Shown: positions 1-8,551 of the stretch, in pieces | Layout: the number at the start of each line of letters is the position of its first letter | Position numbering within the stretch: position 1 is the first letter of the stretch | Source of the DNA: a virus | Lineage: Duplodnaviria > Caudoviricetes | Direction: 5' to 3' (one strand) | Virus record (IMG/VR): IMGVR_UViG_3300032328_000745 | Span: 1-29,997 of that record | DNA: 29,997 bases | The notes under the pieces: generated by a model | Databases searched by the model: none | What the model saw: only the letters and a program-made list of their open reading frames with translations | What the model was told of the DNA's origin: nothing | Made by a program: the position numbers and the translations under genes

Positions 1-64
1 CCAAGGAAAACCCACAAAAACTGAAACAAAACAAGGTAACGCAGAAAAACAGAGATTCCCCAAC

Positions 65-601
65 ATGAAAATTGAACAGATACCCACCGCTGACCTCATC
101 CCCTACGCCCGGAACACGCGCACCCACTCACCCGAGCAGGTCGCGCAGATCGCCGGATCTATCCGAGAGTTCGGATTCACCAACCCGATCCTGATCGACG
201 GCGAGAACGGCATCATCGCCGGTCATGGCCGGGTCATGGCCGCGAGCAAGCTCGGGCTGGCTAAGGTGCCGTGCATCCGGCTGGCGCACCTGACCGACAC
301 CCAGAAACGCGCTTACATCATCGCCGACAACAAGCTCGCGCTGAACGCCGGGTGGGATGAGGAGATGCTCGGACTGGAGCTGGCAGATCTGCGGGAGTTG
401 GATTTCAACTTGGGCTTAGTCGGCTTCACCGAAGAGGAGCTTGGAGATTTGGGAAAAGAGGAAGAAAATGTCATACCTAATGACGTGACGATCTCATCAT
501 GCTTTGAGGTGATCGCCGAATGCCAACACGAAGAAGAACAAAGTATGGTTTACAATCTGCTTAACGAGAAAGGAATAAAATGCCGACTTGCCACATTGTA
601 A
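65..601 (+). CDS. ParB/Srx-like N-terminal domain protein (type usually fused to phage DNA methylases)
   Basis: LIPYARNTRTH, SIREFGFTNPILID, IIAGHGR and ADNKLALNAGWD motifs; typical position upstream of terminase. Confidence 0.88.
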   Translation: MKIEQIPTADLIPYARNTRTHSPEQVAQIAGSIREFGFTNPILIDGENGIIAGHGRVMAASKLGLAKVPCIRLAHLTDTQKRAYIIADNKLALNAGWDEEMLGLELADLRELDFNLGLVGFTEEELGDLGKEEENVIPNDVTISSCFEVIAECQHEEEQSMVYNLLNEKGIKCRLATL

Positions 602-1656
602 GAGAAACCAAAATTAAAGAGTCGTTTCGCGTTTCTCAGGTGCGAGGAATGTTTGATTACGACAAACCATCAATCAGACATGAATGGCACTCTGAGCTGC
701 CCATTGAGACTCTTGACTGGTCAATCGGATTGATTGTAGGTCCATCAGGCAGCGGCAAAACAACTCTCGCCAAAGAAGCATTTCAAAAAATGACTTTTCA
801 TTCTGGTTTTGAATGGTCTCATGACTGCGCGGTGATTGACGACTTCCCAAAAGGAATTGAGACCAAAATTATTGTCGGGATGATGAATGCAGTTGGTTTT
901 TCATCACTGCCTCACTGGTTAAAACCTTTCAGTCATTTGAGCAATGGTCAGAAATTTCGTGTAGAGCTTGCTCGATGCATAATCGAAAATCAAAATGGCA
1001 CGGTTTTTGATGAGTTCACCTCGGTTGTGGATCGAGATGTCGCCAAAATAGGATGCGCGGCAATTTCAAAAGCCATTCGACGCGACGCAAAAAAGAAATT
1101 TGTGGCCGTGTCTTGTCATTACGACATAATCGACTGGCTAGATCCCGATTGGGTTTTTGATGTTGGCACGCAAAAATTTACCGGGAGGTGTCGAAGTCGA
1201 TTCCCTGAAATCATCCTCGAAGTTTTCCGCTCTACAACTACCTCTTGGTCAGCGTTTAGGGAGCATCATTATTTAGACCACGAAATTCACAAGGCGGCAC
1301 AATGCTTTGTGGCTACGTGGAACGACAAGCCAGTTGGATTTTGTTCAGTGCTTCATTTTCCGCACGCGCAAGTTGCCAATTTTAAGCGCGAGCATCGAAC
1401 AGTTGTATTGCCAGATTTTCAAGGCGTAGGGATCGGCAATCGTCTTTCCGAGCTTGTGGCTAGTCATTACAAAAAACAGGGATTTAGATTTATTTGCACA
1501 ACTTCCGCACCATCCATGATTCACCATCGTTCTAAATCAAAAAACTGGAGGTGTCACAGATTTGGAAATGTCTCAAAGGGAGGCAAAACATCAAAAGCAA
1601 GCAGAGTTAATTCATCTAAACGCAAAAGCGCAGGTTTTGAATACATAGGACCATGA
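580..1656 (+). CDS. ABC-type ATPase fused to GNAT acetyltransferase (Mom-like DNA modification candidate)
   Basis: Walker A GPSGSGKTT, signature-like LSNGQKFR, Walker B TVFDEF, H-loop VSCHYD; C-terminal acetyl-CoA motif RTVVLPDFQGVGIG. Confidence 0.85.
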   Translation: MPTCHIVRETKIKESFRVSQVRGMFDYDKPSIRHEWHSELPIETLDWSIGLIVGPSGSGKTTLAKEAFQKMTFHSGFEWSHDCAVIDDFPKGIETKIIVGMMNAVGFSSLPHWLKPFSHLSNGQKFRVELARCIIENQNGTVFDEFTSVVDRDVAKIGCAAISKAIRRDAKKKFVAVSCHYDIIDWLDPDWVFDVGTQKFTGRCRSRFPEIILEVFRSTTTSWSAFREHHYLDHEIHKAAQCFVATWNDKPVGFCSVLHFPHAQVANFKREHRTVVLPDFQGVGIGNRLSELVASHYKKQGFRFICTTSAPSMIHHRSKSKNWRCHRFGNVSKGGKTSKASRVNSSKRKSAGFEYIGP

Positions 1657-2318
1657 GCGCGAAGAAGTCACCAGCGAAGAAGGCAGTTGTAAAGCTGCCG
1701 ATCATATCTCCTGAGCAGCTTGATAAAATCCATCAAGCCAACGCCGCCAACCTCATCAAAAAGGTTAAGAGCGGCAAGACGTTGAACGGCGAAGAGCGGC
1801 GGATACTGGAGGGCATGGCCGGACACGACACCGAGACGGTGACGACATCCCGGTTGGCTGAAATCTTCGGTATCAACCGCAAGACGCTGGCTCAGTGGCG
1901 CAAGGAGGGAAAGAGCGTGCCGGACAAAGTTGGTGGCAAAGAGCCGCTGGCAGAGTGGCGGCGATGGTTTGAGGCAAACCCTGACGCTGGGCATTTCGAT
2001 GGCAAGCCGAGCAAGAGCCGGGAGGAGTTGCTGGCGGTAAAGGTTGCGGTCGAGATCGACCTGCTAGAGATCAAGCGGGACAGGGAACGCGGCAAGCTGC
2101 TGCCGCGGGGCGAGGTCGAGGAGTTGCTTGTGCGAATCGCTATGGCCATGCAGTCGTATCTTCGCCGGTATGAGCGCGAGATTCCAGCCTTGTGCCTGGG
2201 ACTTACCCTTTCACAATCGACCCCGCTTGTAAAAGCCCGCACCCGTGAGCTGCAAGACGTGCTTGCCAATACTTCCTCCGATTTCTGGAACGAACACCCT
2301 GAGAAAGACCAAGCATGA
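1653..2318 (+). CDS. Terminase small subunit (Nu1-like)
   Basis: HTH-like TTSRLAEIFGINRKTLAQWRKEG followed by helical region (IKRDRERGKLLPRGEVE); directly upstream of large terminase with ATGA overlap. Confidence 0.8.
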   Translation: MSAKKSPAKKAVVKLPIISPEQLDKIHQANAANLIKKVKSGKTLNGEERRILEGMAGHDTETVTTSRLAEIFGINRKTLAQWRKEGKSVPDKVGGKEPLAEWRRWFEANPDAGHFDGKPSKSREELLAVKVAVEIDLLEIKRDRERGKLLPRGEVEELLVRIAMAMQSYLRRYEREIPALCLGLTLSQSTPLVKARTRELQDVLANTSSDFWNEHPEKDQA

Positions 2319-4060
2319 TCGATACTTTCGCCCGCGCCATGAAAGCACCGTCCGACCTTCACCCGGCGGACTGGTGCGCGGAGCATGTCTATGTCGAGAA
2401 CAGCGAACGCTCCGACAAGTTCGATCCCTCGCAAACTCGCTGGTGGCGTAAGCCGATGGGGCATTATGCCGATTATGAGACGCGGCAGATGGTCTGCCTA
2501 ATGCCAACCGGCACCGGCAAGAGCACTTTTTTCGAGGCGATCAACTGCTGGATCGTATCGGAATCGCCCGGATCGGTGCTTTACGCATCCATCACTGACC
2601 CGAACGCCGAGCTATGGGGCGAGACGCGATTTCTGAAAGCTGCCAAGAGGTGCAAGCCGCTGGATCACCTTTGGCCGCGCAACGCCCGCAACTCGGTGCG
2701 CCGGGATGCAATTATCTGGCCGCACATGTTTATGGTTCTGGGTGGGGCCAACCGCAGCAATTTTCAAGAAGTGTCGATCACGCACGGCCACGGAGACGAG
2801 GCATGGGAGTGGAAGCACGGCATGGTTCGGGAGTGGAACGCACGGAGCCACAACCGCGAAAACCGCAAGTTTGTTTTGGTATCCCAAGGCGGTGAGATCG
2901 CCAACGAGGACGGGCAAGGCATGACGAGCGAGCTGCACGCGGAGCATGACAAATGCCGGAAGTGGGAATTCGCCTGGCAATGCCCGGAATGCAACCATGC
3001 CCAACCGTTTGCCTTTGAGTCGCTGAAATACCCCGAATCGGGAACGAATCAGGAGCGAGCCGATGCTGTCGTCATGGTCTGCGCTGGGTGTCGGCATGAA
3101 TTTGCGGATGACATCGCCACGCGCAGGCGCCTGCATGATTCGTATCAGCAGGATGACGGTTACCTTTTGGCCAGCGACACCGGACAACGTGGCTACGAAG
3201 GATTTCACACCGACAGGACGGCAGTATGGTGGCAACCGTGGGGTGATGACGTTCTGCGGAAATTGTCCGCCGACCAGCAAGCAAAGGCTGGAGACTACAC
3301 CGCGCTCAAACAGTGGACGCAGAAAGACCGTGCGCGAGGCTGGACCGACAACCTGCAAGCCTCCGAGATCATCCTGAAACCCAGCGGCTACACCCGAAGC
3401 GACTACACCGAGGGGCAGAAAATTGACGGTGAGGTTTTGCGTTTCTGCACAATTGACGCAGGCGGCGATCACTTCTGGCTTCGCATCCGGGCATGGTGCC
3501 AGGGTGGAGAATCGAAAGGTTTATTTTTCGGTTACATCAACAGCGATGCGGAATGCGAAGATATCCGCGTTCGCTACAACGTAGAGCCGAAACACACCTT
3601 CCTTGATGTCGGATTCGATCAAGAGCGGATGGCTGGCATCATTGTCAAATATGGATGGCAGGGCATGAAAGGCGACGGCAACCGGAAATCTGGCTGGGAC
3701 TGGCCGGTAAAGGGTGACGATACAAAAAAGGAAGTTCGGCTTTACTCAAAACGCTGGGTGGCACTTTCAAAGGAGAAGAAGCCAGCGACCTGCTGGCACA
3801 TTGCCACCGAGCCAATGCAATACATCCTGCAAAGGCTTATGTCTGGCGATGGCGCCGCGTGGCTAGTGGAGGATGACGCTCCGCCCAGCTACGCAAAGCA
3901 GCTGAACGGTGAACGACTAGAGACGGCAAAGGACGCAAAAGGGCGGGAGATTAAGAAATGGGTCAGGCATGGAGCAAACCACGGTCGTGACACCGAGGTT
4001 TATCAGGTTGCAGCTGCTCTCATGTTCAGAATCTTCACACCACCCAAATCCGATGAGTAA
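2315..4060 (+). CDS. Terminase large subunit (lambda gpA family)
   Basis: Walker A-like PTGTGKST, Walker B-like GDE, zinc ribbon CPEC...CAGC, nuclease TIDAG and C-terminal NHGRDTEVY. Confidence 0.92.
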   Translation: MIDTFARAMKAPSDLHPADWCAEHVYVENSERSDKFDPSQTRWWRKPMGHYADYETRQMVCLMPTGTGKSTFFEAINCWIVSESPGSVLYASITDPNAELWGETRFLKAAKRCKPLDHLWPRNARNSVRRDAIIWPHMFMVLGGANRSNFQEVSITHGHGDEAWEWKHGMVREWNARSHNRENRKFVLVSQGGEIANEDGQGMTSELHAEHDKCRKWEFAWQCPECNHAQPFAFESLKYPESGTNQERADAVVMVCAGCRHEFADDIATRRRLHDSYQQDDGYLLASDTGQRGYEGFHTDRTAVWWQPWGDDVLRKLSADQQAKAGDYTALKQWTQKDRARGWTDNLQASEIILKPSGYTRSDYTEGQKIDGEVLRFCTIDAGGDHFWLRIRAWCQGGESKGLFFGYINSDAECEDIRVRYNVEPKHTFLDVGFDQERMAGIIVKYGWQGMKGDGNRKSGWDWPVKGDDTKKEVRLYSKRWVALSKEKKPATCWHIATEPMQYILQRLMSGDGAAWLVEDDAPPSYAKQLNGERLETAKDAKGREIKKWVRHGANHGRDTEVYQVAAALMFRIFTPPKSDE

Positions 4061-4367
4061 AAAACGCGGTGCATATCGAAGCAGGAAGGTTGAAACCAAG
4101 AAGCGCGACGACCAGCGCCGAAGGGAGAGCGACATCTACCATGATGAGGATGCAAAAAAATGGGTCAGCTTAAAGGGGCGACAATCCCCTCCCGTCCTGC
4201 CGAATCGACGACTTTACATCAAGCCCGAGGACATCGACCCTGAAACAGAAGCCGAGCTTGGAAAAGCTATTCACGGGAAGTCTGACAAGTTTGACAGATA
4301 CGCTGCGGCAAGAATGATTGTTGCGCAGGCGATGGCAAAAGGACTGATCAAAGAAGGTTGTGAATGA
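4053..4367 (+). CDS. Hypothetical basic protein, possibly DNA-binding
   Basis: ATG at 4053 overlaps the terminase end and fills the gap to the first promoter motif; Lys/Arg-rich N-terminus. Confidence 0.65.
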   Translation: MSKKRGAYRSRKVETKKRDDQRRRESDIYHDEDAKKWVSLKGRQSPPVLPNRRLYIKPEDIDPETEAELGKAIHGKSDKFDRYAAARMIVAQAMAKGLIKEGCE

Positions 4368-4379
4368 TATTCGCCCTGT

Positions 4380-4413
4380 TTGACTTTCGCCAACATGCGG
4401 AAAATGCTGTTGC
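4380..4413 (+). promoter_or_regulatory. Late promoter motif copy 1 (TTGACT-17 bp-AATGCT-5 nt-ATG)
   Basis: TTGACTTTCGCC at 4380-4391, 34 nt before ATG 4414; one of five copies at fixed spacing. Confidence 0.8.
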
Positions 4414-4689
4414 ATGTCACCGTTTCGTCAAGCCCAAGGCATTTTCCGCGCCATTCGTGGAAATTCAACGCTGATTGAAGCACAAAAAGCAGCATATCAG
4501 GCCGCAGCCGTGGCTTTGACATCGACAACCGGAGGAATCCAAGTCGAATCCGCCACGGTCAACGGACAATCCTTTTCCGGCAAGGCAACCTCAACGCCAG
4601 CCGAGCGTTTTGAGGTTTTGCAAATACTCATGGGCATGATCGAACGTGATTCAGCCGGAAACCGAACCACCCGCGCCCGATTCTTATGA
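4414..4689 (+). CDS. Head-tail joining/adaptor protein (gpW-like)
   Basis: 91 aa, helix-beta hairpin (SATVNGQSFS)-helix pattern, immediately before a lambda-type portal. Confidence 0.65.
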   Translation: MSPFRQAQGIFRAIRGNSTLIEAQKAAYQAAAVALTSTTGGIQVESATVNGQSFSGKATSTPAERFEVLQILMGMIERDSAGNRTTRARFL

Positions 4690-6149
4690 TACTCGACCAA
4701 TACGGAAACGCTGCAACGTCCTACTTTACCCGCAGGCCATCACGCCACGCCAATCTAGGCGGCGGAGACAGGCCAAGCGAATCGCGCAACCTCCGCGACT
4801 TGCAAAAAATCGTCACGAAATACGACAGGCAGACGCTGCAATCGGCAAGCCGGACATTGTATCTGAACTCGCCTCTTATGGTCGGAGCATCCAACCAGAT
4901 CGGGATTTACGCCGTTGGCAACGCATGGCTTCCGACCTACAAGGGCAAAGACAAGGAGTTCGGTGACGCGGCGAAAGAGTGGCTAAAGGATGAATGGTAT
5001 CCGATCTGCAACATCATTGGAGACATCGCGGATTTCACCTCAGACATGTTCATTGATTCCGTTTCGATGGATCGTGACGGTGAGGTTTTCGAGTATTTTA
5101 CATCTTCGCCAAGCGGTTACCCACAGATCCAGCAAATCCCATCGCACCGCATAGACAGCGGAGGACTTAGCGACGGCATCCAGCTTTCCGGCAAATACAA
5201 TGGATTTGATCTGTATGATGGGATCGTCTATTTCCCCGGCACATCCATCCCGGTCGCCTATTCGTTGTGCGATATCGATGGGAAACACAAGCAGTTCATC
5301 GAGAAGAAATTCATTCTGCATGTTTTTGACCGCTACTGGCCGGAGCAACGCCGAGGACTTCCGCTTTTCTGGCACTCGCTGAACAACCTCCGCGACATCA
5401 TGCAGAGCGAGGAATGGGAACGCATGAACCTCCTTTCGATGTCGAGCCTCAACTACACAGTTGAGAACGAGGCAGGCGGCCCAGACATGGAGGAGCCAGG
5501 ATACGTTCCTGAAGTAAACTGTGGAGAGCTTGCGGTCGAATACTTACAGGGTGGGCGCATCATGTATGCAAAAGCCGGATCTGGAGAGAAGATCACGCAG
5601 CATCAAAACTTTCGCCCCGGCAACCCGTGGCATGAGTTTTACGACATGCAGGCGCGTCAATGTCTGGTCGGTGCTTGCTTACCGGCAACCCTCTGGAAGC
5701 CATCCGGCCAAGGCACAGCGCAGCGCGAGGATATCGGCAAGGCGTGCCGGTTCGTCGAGGATCGCCAATCGACGCTGGAGAAAATCGGCAAGTGGAGAGT
5801 TACAAAGGCGATCGCATGGGCAATGGAAAACGGACGCGTGCCGATGTCTGATCAATGGTGGAACTGGGGATTTACCAAGCCACCGAAACTCACGATTGAC
5901 GATGGCCGCAGCCTCAAGGAAAAGATGGCACTTTACAAAGACGGATTAGTGAACGCCACCTCTATTATGGGAGAACTTTCCACAGACTTCGACGAATCCA
6001 TTGACGAGCGCACCGAGGAAGCAGCCAAGCTACTGGTCAAGATCGCGGAGAAAAACGCAAAATACGGCGTCGAGATCGACCCACGCAGCGTGCGGCTCGT
6101 CACATCGAACGAGCAACCGCAACCAGACACATCACCCAATGGCGATTGA
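4686..6149 (+). CDS. Portal protein (lambda gpB family)
   Basis: 487 aa; SRTLYLNSP, DRDGEVF and LHVFDRYWPEQRRGLP motifs typical of lambda-family portals; position after terminase. Confidence 0.9.
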   Translation: MILDQYGNAATSYFTRRPSRHANLGGGDRPSESRNLRDLQKIVTKYDRQTLQSASRTLYLNSPLMVGASNQIGIYAVGNAWLPTYKGKDKEFGDAAKEWLKDEWYPICNIIGDIADFTSDMFIDSVSMDRDGEVFEYFTSSPSGYPQIQQIPSHRIDSGGLSDGIQLSGKYNGFDLYDGIVYFPGTSIPVAYSLCDIDGKHKQFIEKKFILHVFDRYWPEQRRGLPLFWHSLNNLRDIMQSEEWERMNLLSMSSLNYTVENEAGGPDMEEPGYVPEVNCGELAVEYLQGGRIMYAKAGSGEKITQHQNFRPGNPWHEFYDMQARQCLVGACLPATLWKPSGQGTAQREDIGKACRFVEDRQSTLEKIGKWRVTKAIAWAMENGRVPMSDQWWNWGFTKPPKLTIDDGRSLKEKMALYKDGLVNATSIMGELSTDFDESIDERTEEAAKLLVKIAEKNAKYGVEIDPRSVRLVTSNEQPQPDTSPNGD

Positions 6150-7539
6150 TCTTAAACCAACTGAGGCCATGGCCGCCGAGGCGAAGCTCGGTCTGGAGTG
6201 GCGAGCCGAATACAACCGAGGAGGAACCGAGGTCGGCGTGGCCCGCGCAAGGGACATTAGCAACCGGACAAACCTATCGCCGGAAACCATCGGGCGCATG
6301 GTCAGTTATTTCGCGCGGCACGAGGTGGACAAGGAAGGCGAGGGTTTTTCACCCGGCGAGGACGGCTACCCGTCAGCCGGCCGCATCGCGTGGGCGCTAT
6401 GGGGCGGCGATCCCGGCGCATCATGGGCAAGATCAAAATACAGACAACTCAACGAAGAACCAGACAGCATGAACACTATCATTCAAATCGAAAACAAAGC
6501 AGGAAAAGTGAAGCTCAACGAAGCGGTCACCGGAGACAGCATCAAACGCATGATTGACGAGATCGGGCGGCTGTTCGGTGCAAAAGCATCGGCGGAAGGC
6601 GCAAATTTCGGTGAAATCATGAATGCAGCCGAAAACGCTGTTGACGTATTGGAAATCGAAATCAATTCCCCAGGCGGTTCGGTTTTTGACGGATACACGA
6701 TCTATCAAGAGATTAAATCCCTCCGTGACCGTGGCGTGACCGTCAACGCGACAATCACCGGCATGGCTGCATCAATGGCCTCTGTGATTGCAATGGCTGC
6801 TGATAAAATCTCAATCGTAAAGCATGGACGCATGATGATCCACGACGCATCCAGCGGAGCAGTCGGTAATGCAGCATCACTTCGCAAGACTGCTGACCTT
6901 TTGGAAGCAATCAGTGAAGACATAGCCGGAATTTACAGTGACCGCAACGGCATGGATAAGGAAGAAGTCCGCGAAATGATGATGCGTGAAACATGGATGA
7001 ATGCACGCGAAGCACTGGCTAACGGCTTTGTTGACGAGGTGCTAGGTGAGCAAGTTGACATTCGCCAAGCATCGGCGGAATCTTCGCATATGAGCTTTCT
7101 CAATCGCCTCACAAATCCATCTTCCGACGAGTCCATCGAGCGCATCGCCGCGCTTGAAGCAGACATCACCGCGCAGGCCGCAGAATTCCAAGCTAAACTT
7201 GATGCCGCTGAACTCGCACTGCAAGAAGCCGCTGAAATCACTGCACAGAACATTGAACTTAGAATTCAAGCCGAGCTAGTTCCAAGTTTGCAAGCGAAGA
7301 TCGCGGAAATGGAAGAAATCGCAATCATCACCGCCGAGAAGATCGACACAGCCGCCGCGCAAAAGCTGGCAGCAATGGGACACGGCGAGCCGCTCGACCT
7401 TGGATCTGCCTCGGTAACCGAGGGCAAGCCCAAAACCATCATTGAAATCTTCAACGAACTGAAAGGCGCTGAAGCAACTGCATTTTACACCGCAAACCGC
7501 GCCGAAATCGAAGCCGATAAGGCACGCTACATAGTCTAA
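6139..7539 (+). CDS. ClpP-type prohead maturation protease with extra N-terminal module and C-terminal scaffold region
   Basis: INSPGGSVFDG, GMAASMAS (catalytic Ser), MMIHD (His), ETWMNAREA..GFVD. ATG at 6139 overlapping the portal end is preferred to the 6001 start of the ORF track; another in-frame ATG lies at 6469. Confidence 0.9.
   Translation: MAIDLKPTEAMAAEAKLGLEWRAEYNRGGTEVGVARARDISNRTNLSPETIGRMVSYFARHEVDKEGEGFSPGEDGYPSAGRIAWALWGGDPGASWARSKYRQLNEEPDSMNTIIQIENKAGKVKLNEAVTGDSIKRMIDEIGRLFGAKASAEGANFGEIMNAAENAVDVLEIEINSPGGSVFDGYTIYQEIKSLRDRGVTVNATITGMAASMASVIAMAADKISIVKHGRMMIHDASSGAVGNAASLRKTADLLEAISEDIAGIYSDRNGMDKEEVREMMMRETWMNAREALANGFVDEVLGEQVDIRQASAESSHMSFLNRLTNPSSDESIERIAALEADITAQAAEFQAKLDAAELALQEAAEITAQNIELRIQAELVPSLQAKIAEMEEIAIITAEKIDTAAAQKLAAMGHGEPLDLGSASVTEGKPKTIIEIFNELKGAEATAFYTANRAEIEADKARYIV
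7055..7089 (+). promoter_or_regulatory. Late promoter motif copy 2, internal to protease gene (TTGACA-17 bp-GAATCT-6 nt-ATG)
   Basis: TTGACATTCGCC at 7055-7066, 35 nt before in-frame ATG 7090. Confidence 0.75.
7090..7539 (+). CDS. Nested capsid scaffolding protein (in frame with protease), 149 aa
   Basis: In-frame ATG (MSFLNRLTNP...) at the conserved distance from the promoter motif; Ala/Glu-rich coiled coil; analogous to lambda Nu3 inside C. Confidence 0.7.
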   Translation: MSFLNRLTNPSSDESIERIAALEADITAQAAEFQAKLDAAELALQEAAEITAQNIELRIQAELVPSLQAKIAEMEEIAIITAEKIDTAAAQKLAAMGHGEPLDLGSASVTEGKPKTIIEIFNELKGAEATAFYTANRAEIEADKARYIV

Positions 7540-7569
7540 CCAATTTCAACTCTCAACTACTGAACCATT

Positions 7570-8451
7570 ATGGCATCCATCGCACTCAACGACAAAATCT
7601 TCACGCAGATCGCCCTTCAGGCGTTCGTGGCGAAGCTCGCCCCACTCAACGCCTTCACCCGGGACTTCAGCGGAGACGCTCGTCGCAAGGGTGATGCCGT
7701 CATCGTGCCGCTCATCAGCGGAATCACTGCAACCACCTTCAACAACTCCTACGAAGTTGGCGGCGGTGCAATCACCTTTGCAACAGTCAACGTCAACAAC
7801 CACCGCATCGCATCGATTGATCTTACCGACGTGCAAGTTGCCAACAGCTCCGCAGCGGTCATGGACAACCTCGCCATCCAAGCCGGTGAGTCGCTTGCCC
7901 GCATCGTTCTCACCGACATCTGGAGCGCGATCACCGTTTCCAACTTCGGTGCCGCGATCCTCACGACTAGCGGCGCGAGTTACACCATCGCACAGATGGG
8001 CGCACTCCGCAAAGCACTTGCCCAGCGCAACGTGCCGACCGACCGCCTCAGCTTCATCTCCGACATCGAGATCTTCACCGGCCTTCTTTCCTCGTCCGGT
8101 GTTGCCCACTCACTCAACTACGGCGGTGCCGAAGCGGTGCGCGACGGTCAGATCCCACGCCTGCTTGGTATGGAGATCTATGAGTCGAACATCATCCCGG
8201 CCAATGCTCTTACCAAGCTCGGCGGATTCGTTGCACACCCTGACTCCATCGCAATCGCGATGCGCTACTTGGAGCCACAAGCCGCCGGTGAGTATCTCGC
8301 CGCCGAGCAAGTGACCGCCTCCAACGGCATCACGATGGGCTACCGCAGGCACTACAACACCTCAACCGGTAAACACTTCGCTAACTTCGAGTGCTTGTTC
8401 GGATTCACCCCTGCCCTGACCCTCGGCCTCGCCCTGGTCACCATCCCATAA
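7570..8451 (+). CDS. Major capsid protein (HK97 fold expected)
   Basis: 293 aa after protease/scaffold; KGDAVIVP and GQIPRLLGMEIYES motifs; strongly biased codons; followed by a terminator. Confidence 0.88.
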   Translation: MASIALNDKIFTQIALQAFVAKLAPLNAFTRDFSGDARRKGDAVIVPLISGITATTFNNSYEVGGGAITFATVNVNNHRIASIDLTDVQVANSSAAVMDNLAIQAGESLARIVLTDIWSAITVSNFGAAILTTSGASYTIAQMGALRKALAQRNVPTDRLSFISDIEIFTGLLSSSGVAHSLNYGGAEAVRDGQIPRLLGMEIYESNIIPANALTKLGGFVAHPDSIAIAMRYLEPQAAGEYLAAEQVTASNGITMGYRRHYNTSTGKHFANFECLFGFTPALTLGLALVTIP

Positions 8452-8469
8452 TCTCCTCGGTTGTGTCTC

Positions 8470-8505
8470 AGCCGTCAGCCTCAAAAGGGGCTGGCGGTTT
8501 TTTTT
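8470..8505 (+). terminator. Rho-independent terminator after major capsid gene
   Basis: Stem AGCCGTCAGCCTC / GGGGCTGGCGGTT (with G-U pairs), AAAA loop, then a T run. Confidence 0.85.
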
Positions 8506-8551
8506 GTATTGCAAGCGCCACCCCGCCTGCATTACATCACCCCAAGAAATT

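Noticed and set aside
580-1656. ABC transporter
   Set aside because: No membrane permease nearby, and the ATPase is fused to a GNAT domain in a phage packaging context.
6001-6138. ORF-track start of the protease at 6001
   Set aside because: It would overlap the portal gene by about 150 nt with a non-ATG start; ATG 6139 at the portal end fits better.
8509-8551. Possible sixth promoter copy TTGCAAGCGCC before the glycosyltransferase
   Set aside because: Only a partial match, no RANNCT at 17 bp, and the ATG is 43 nt away; it may be a different promoter but is not supportable as a motif copy.
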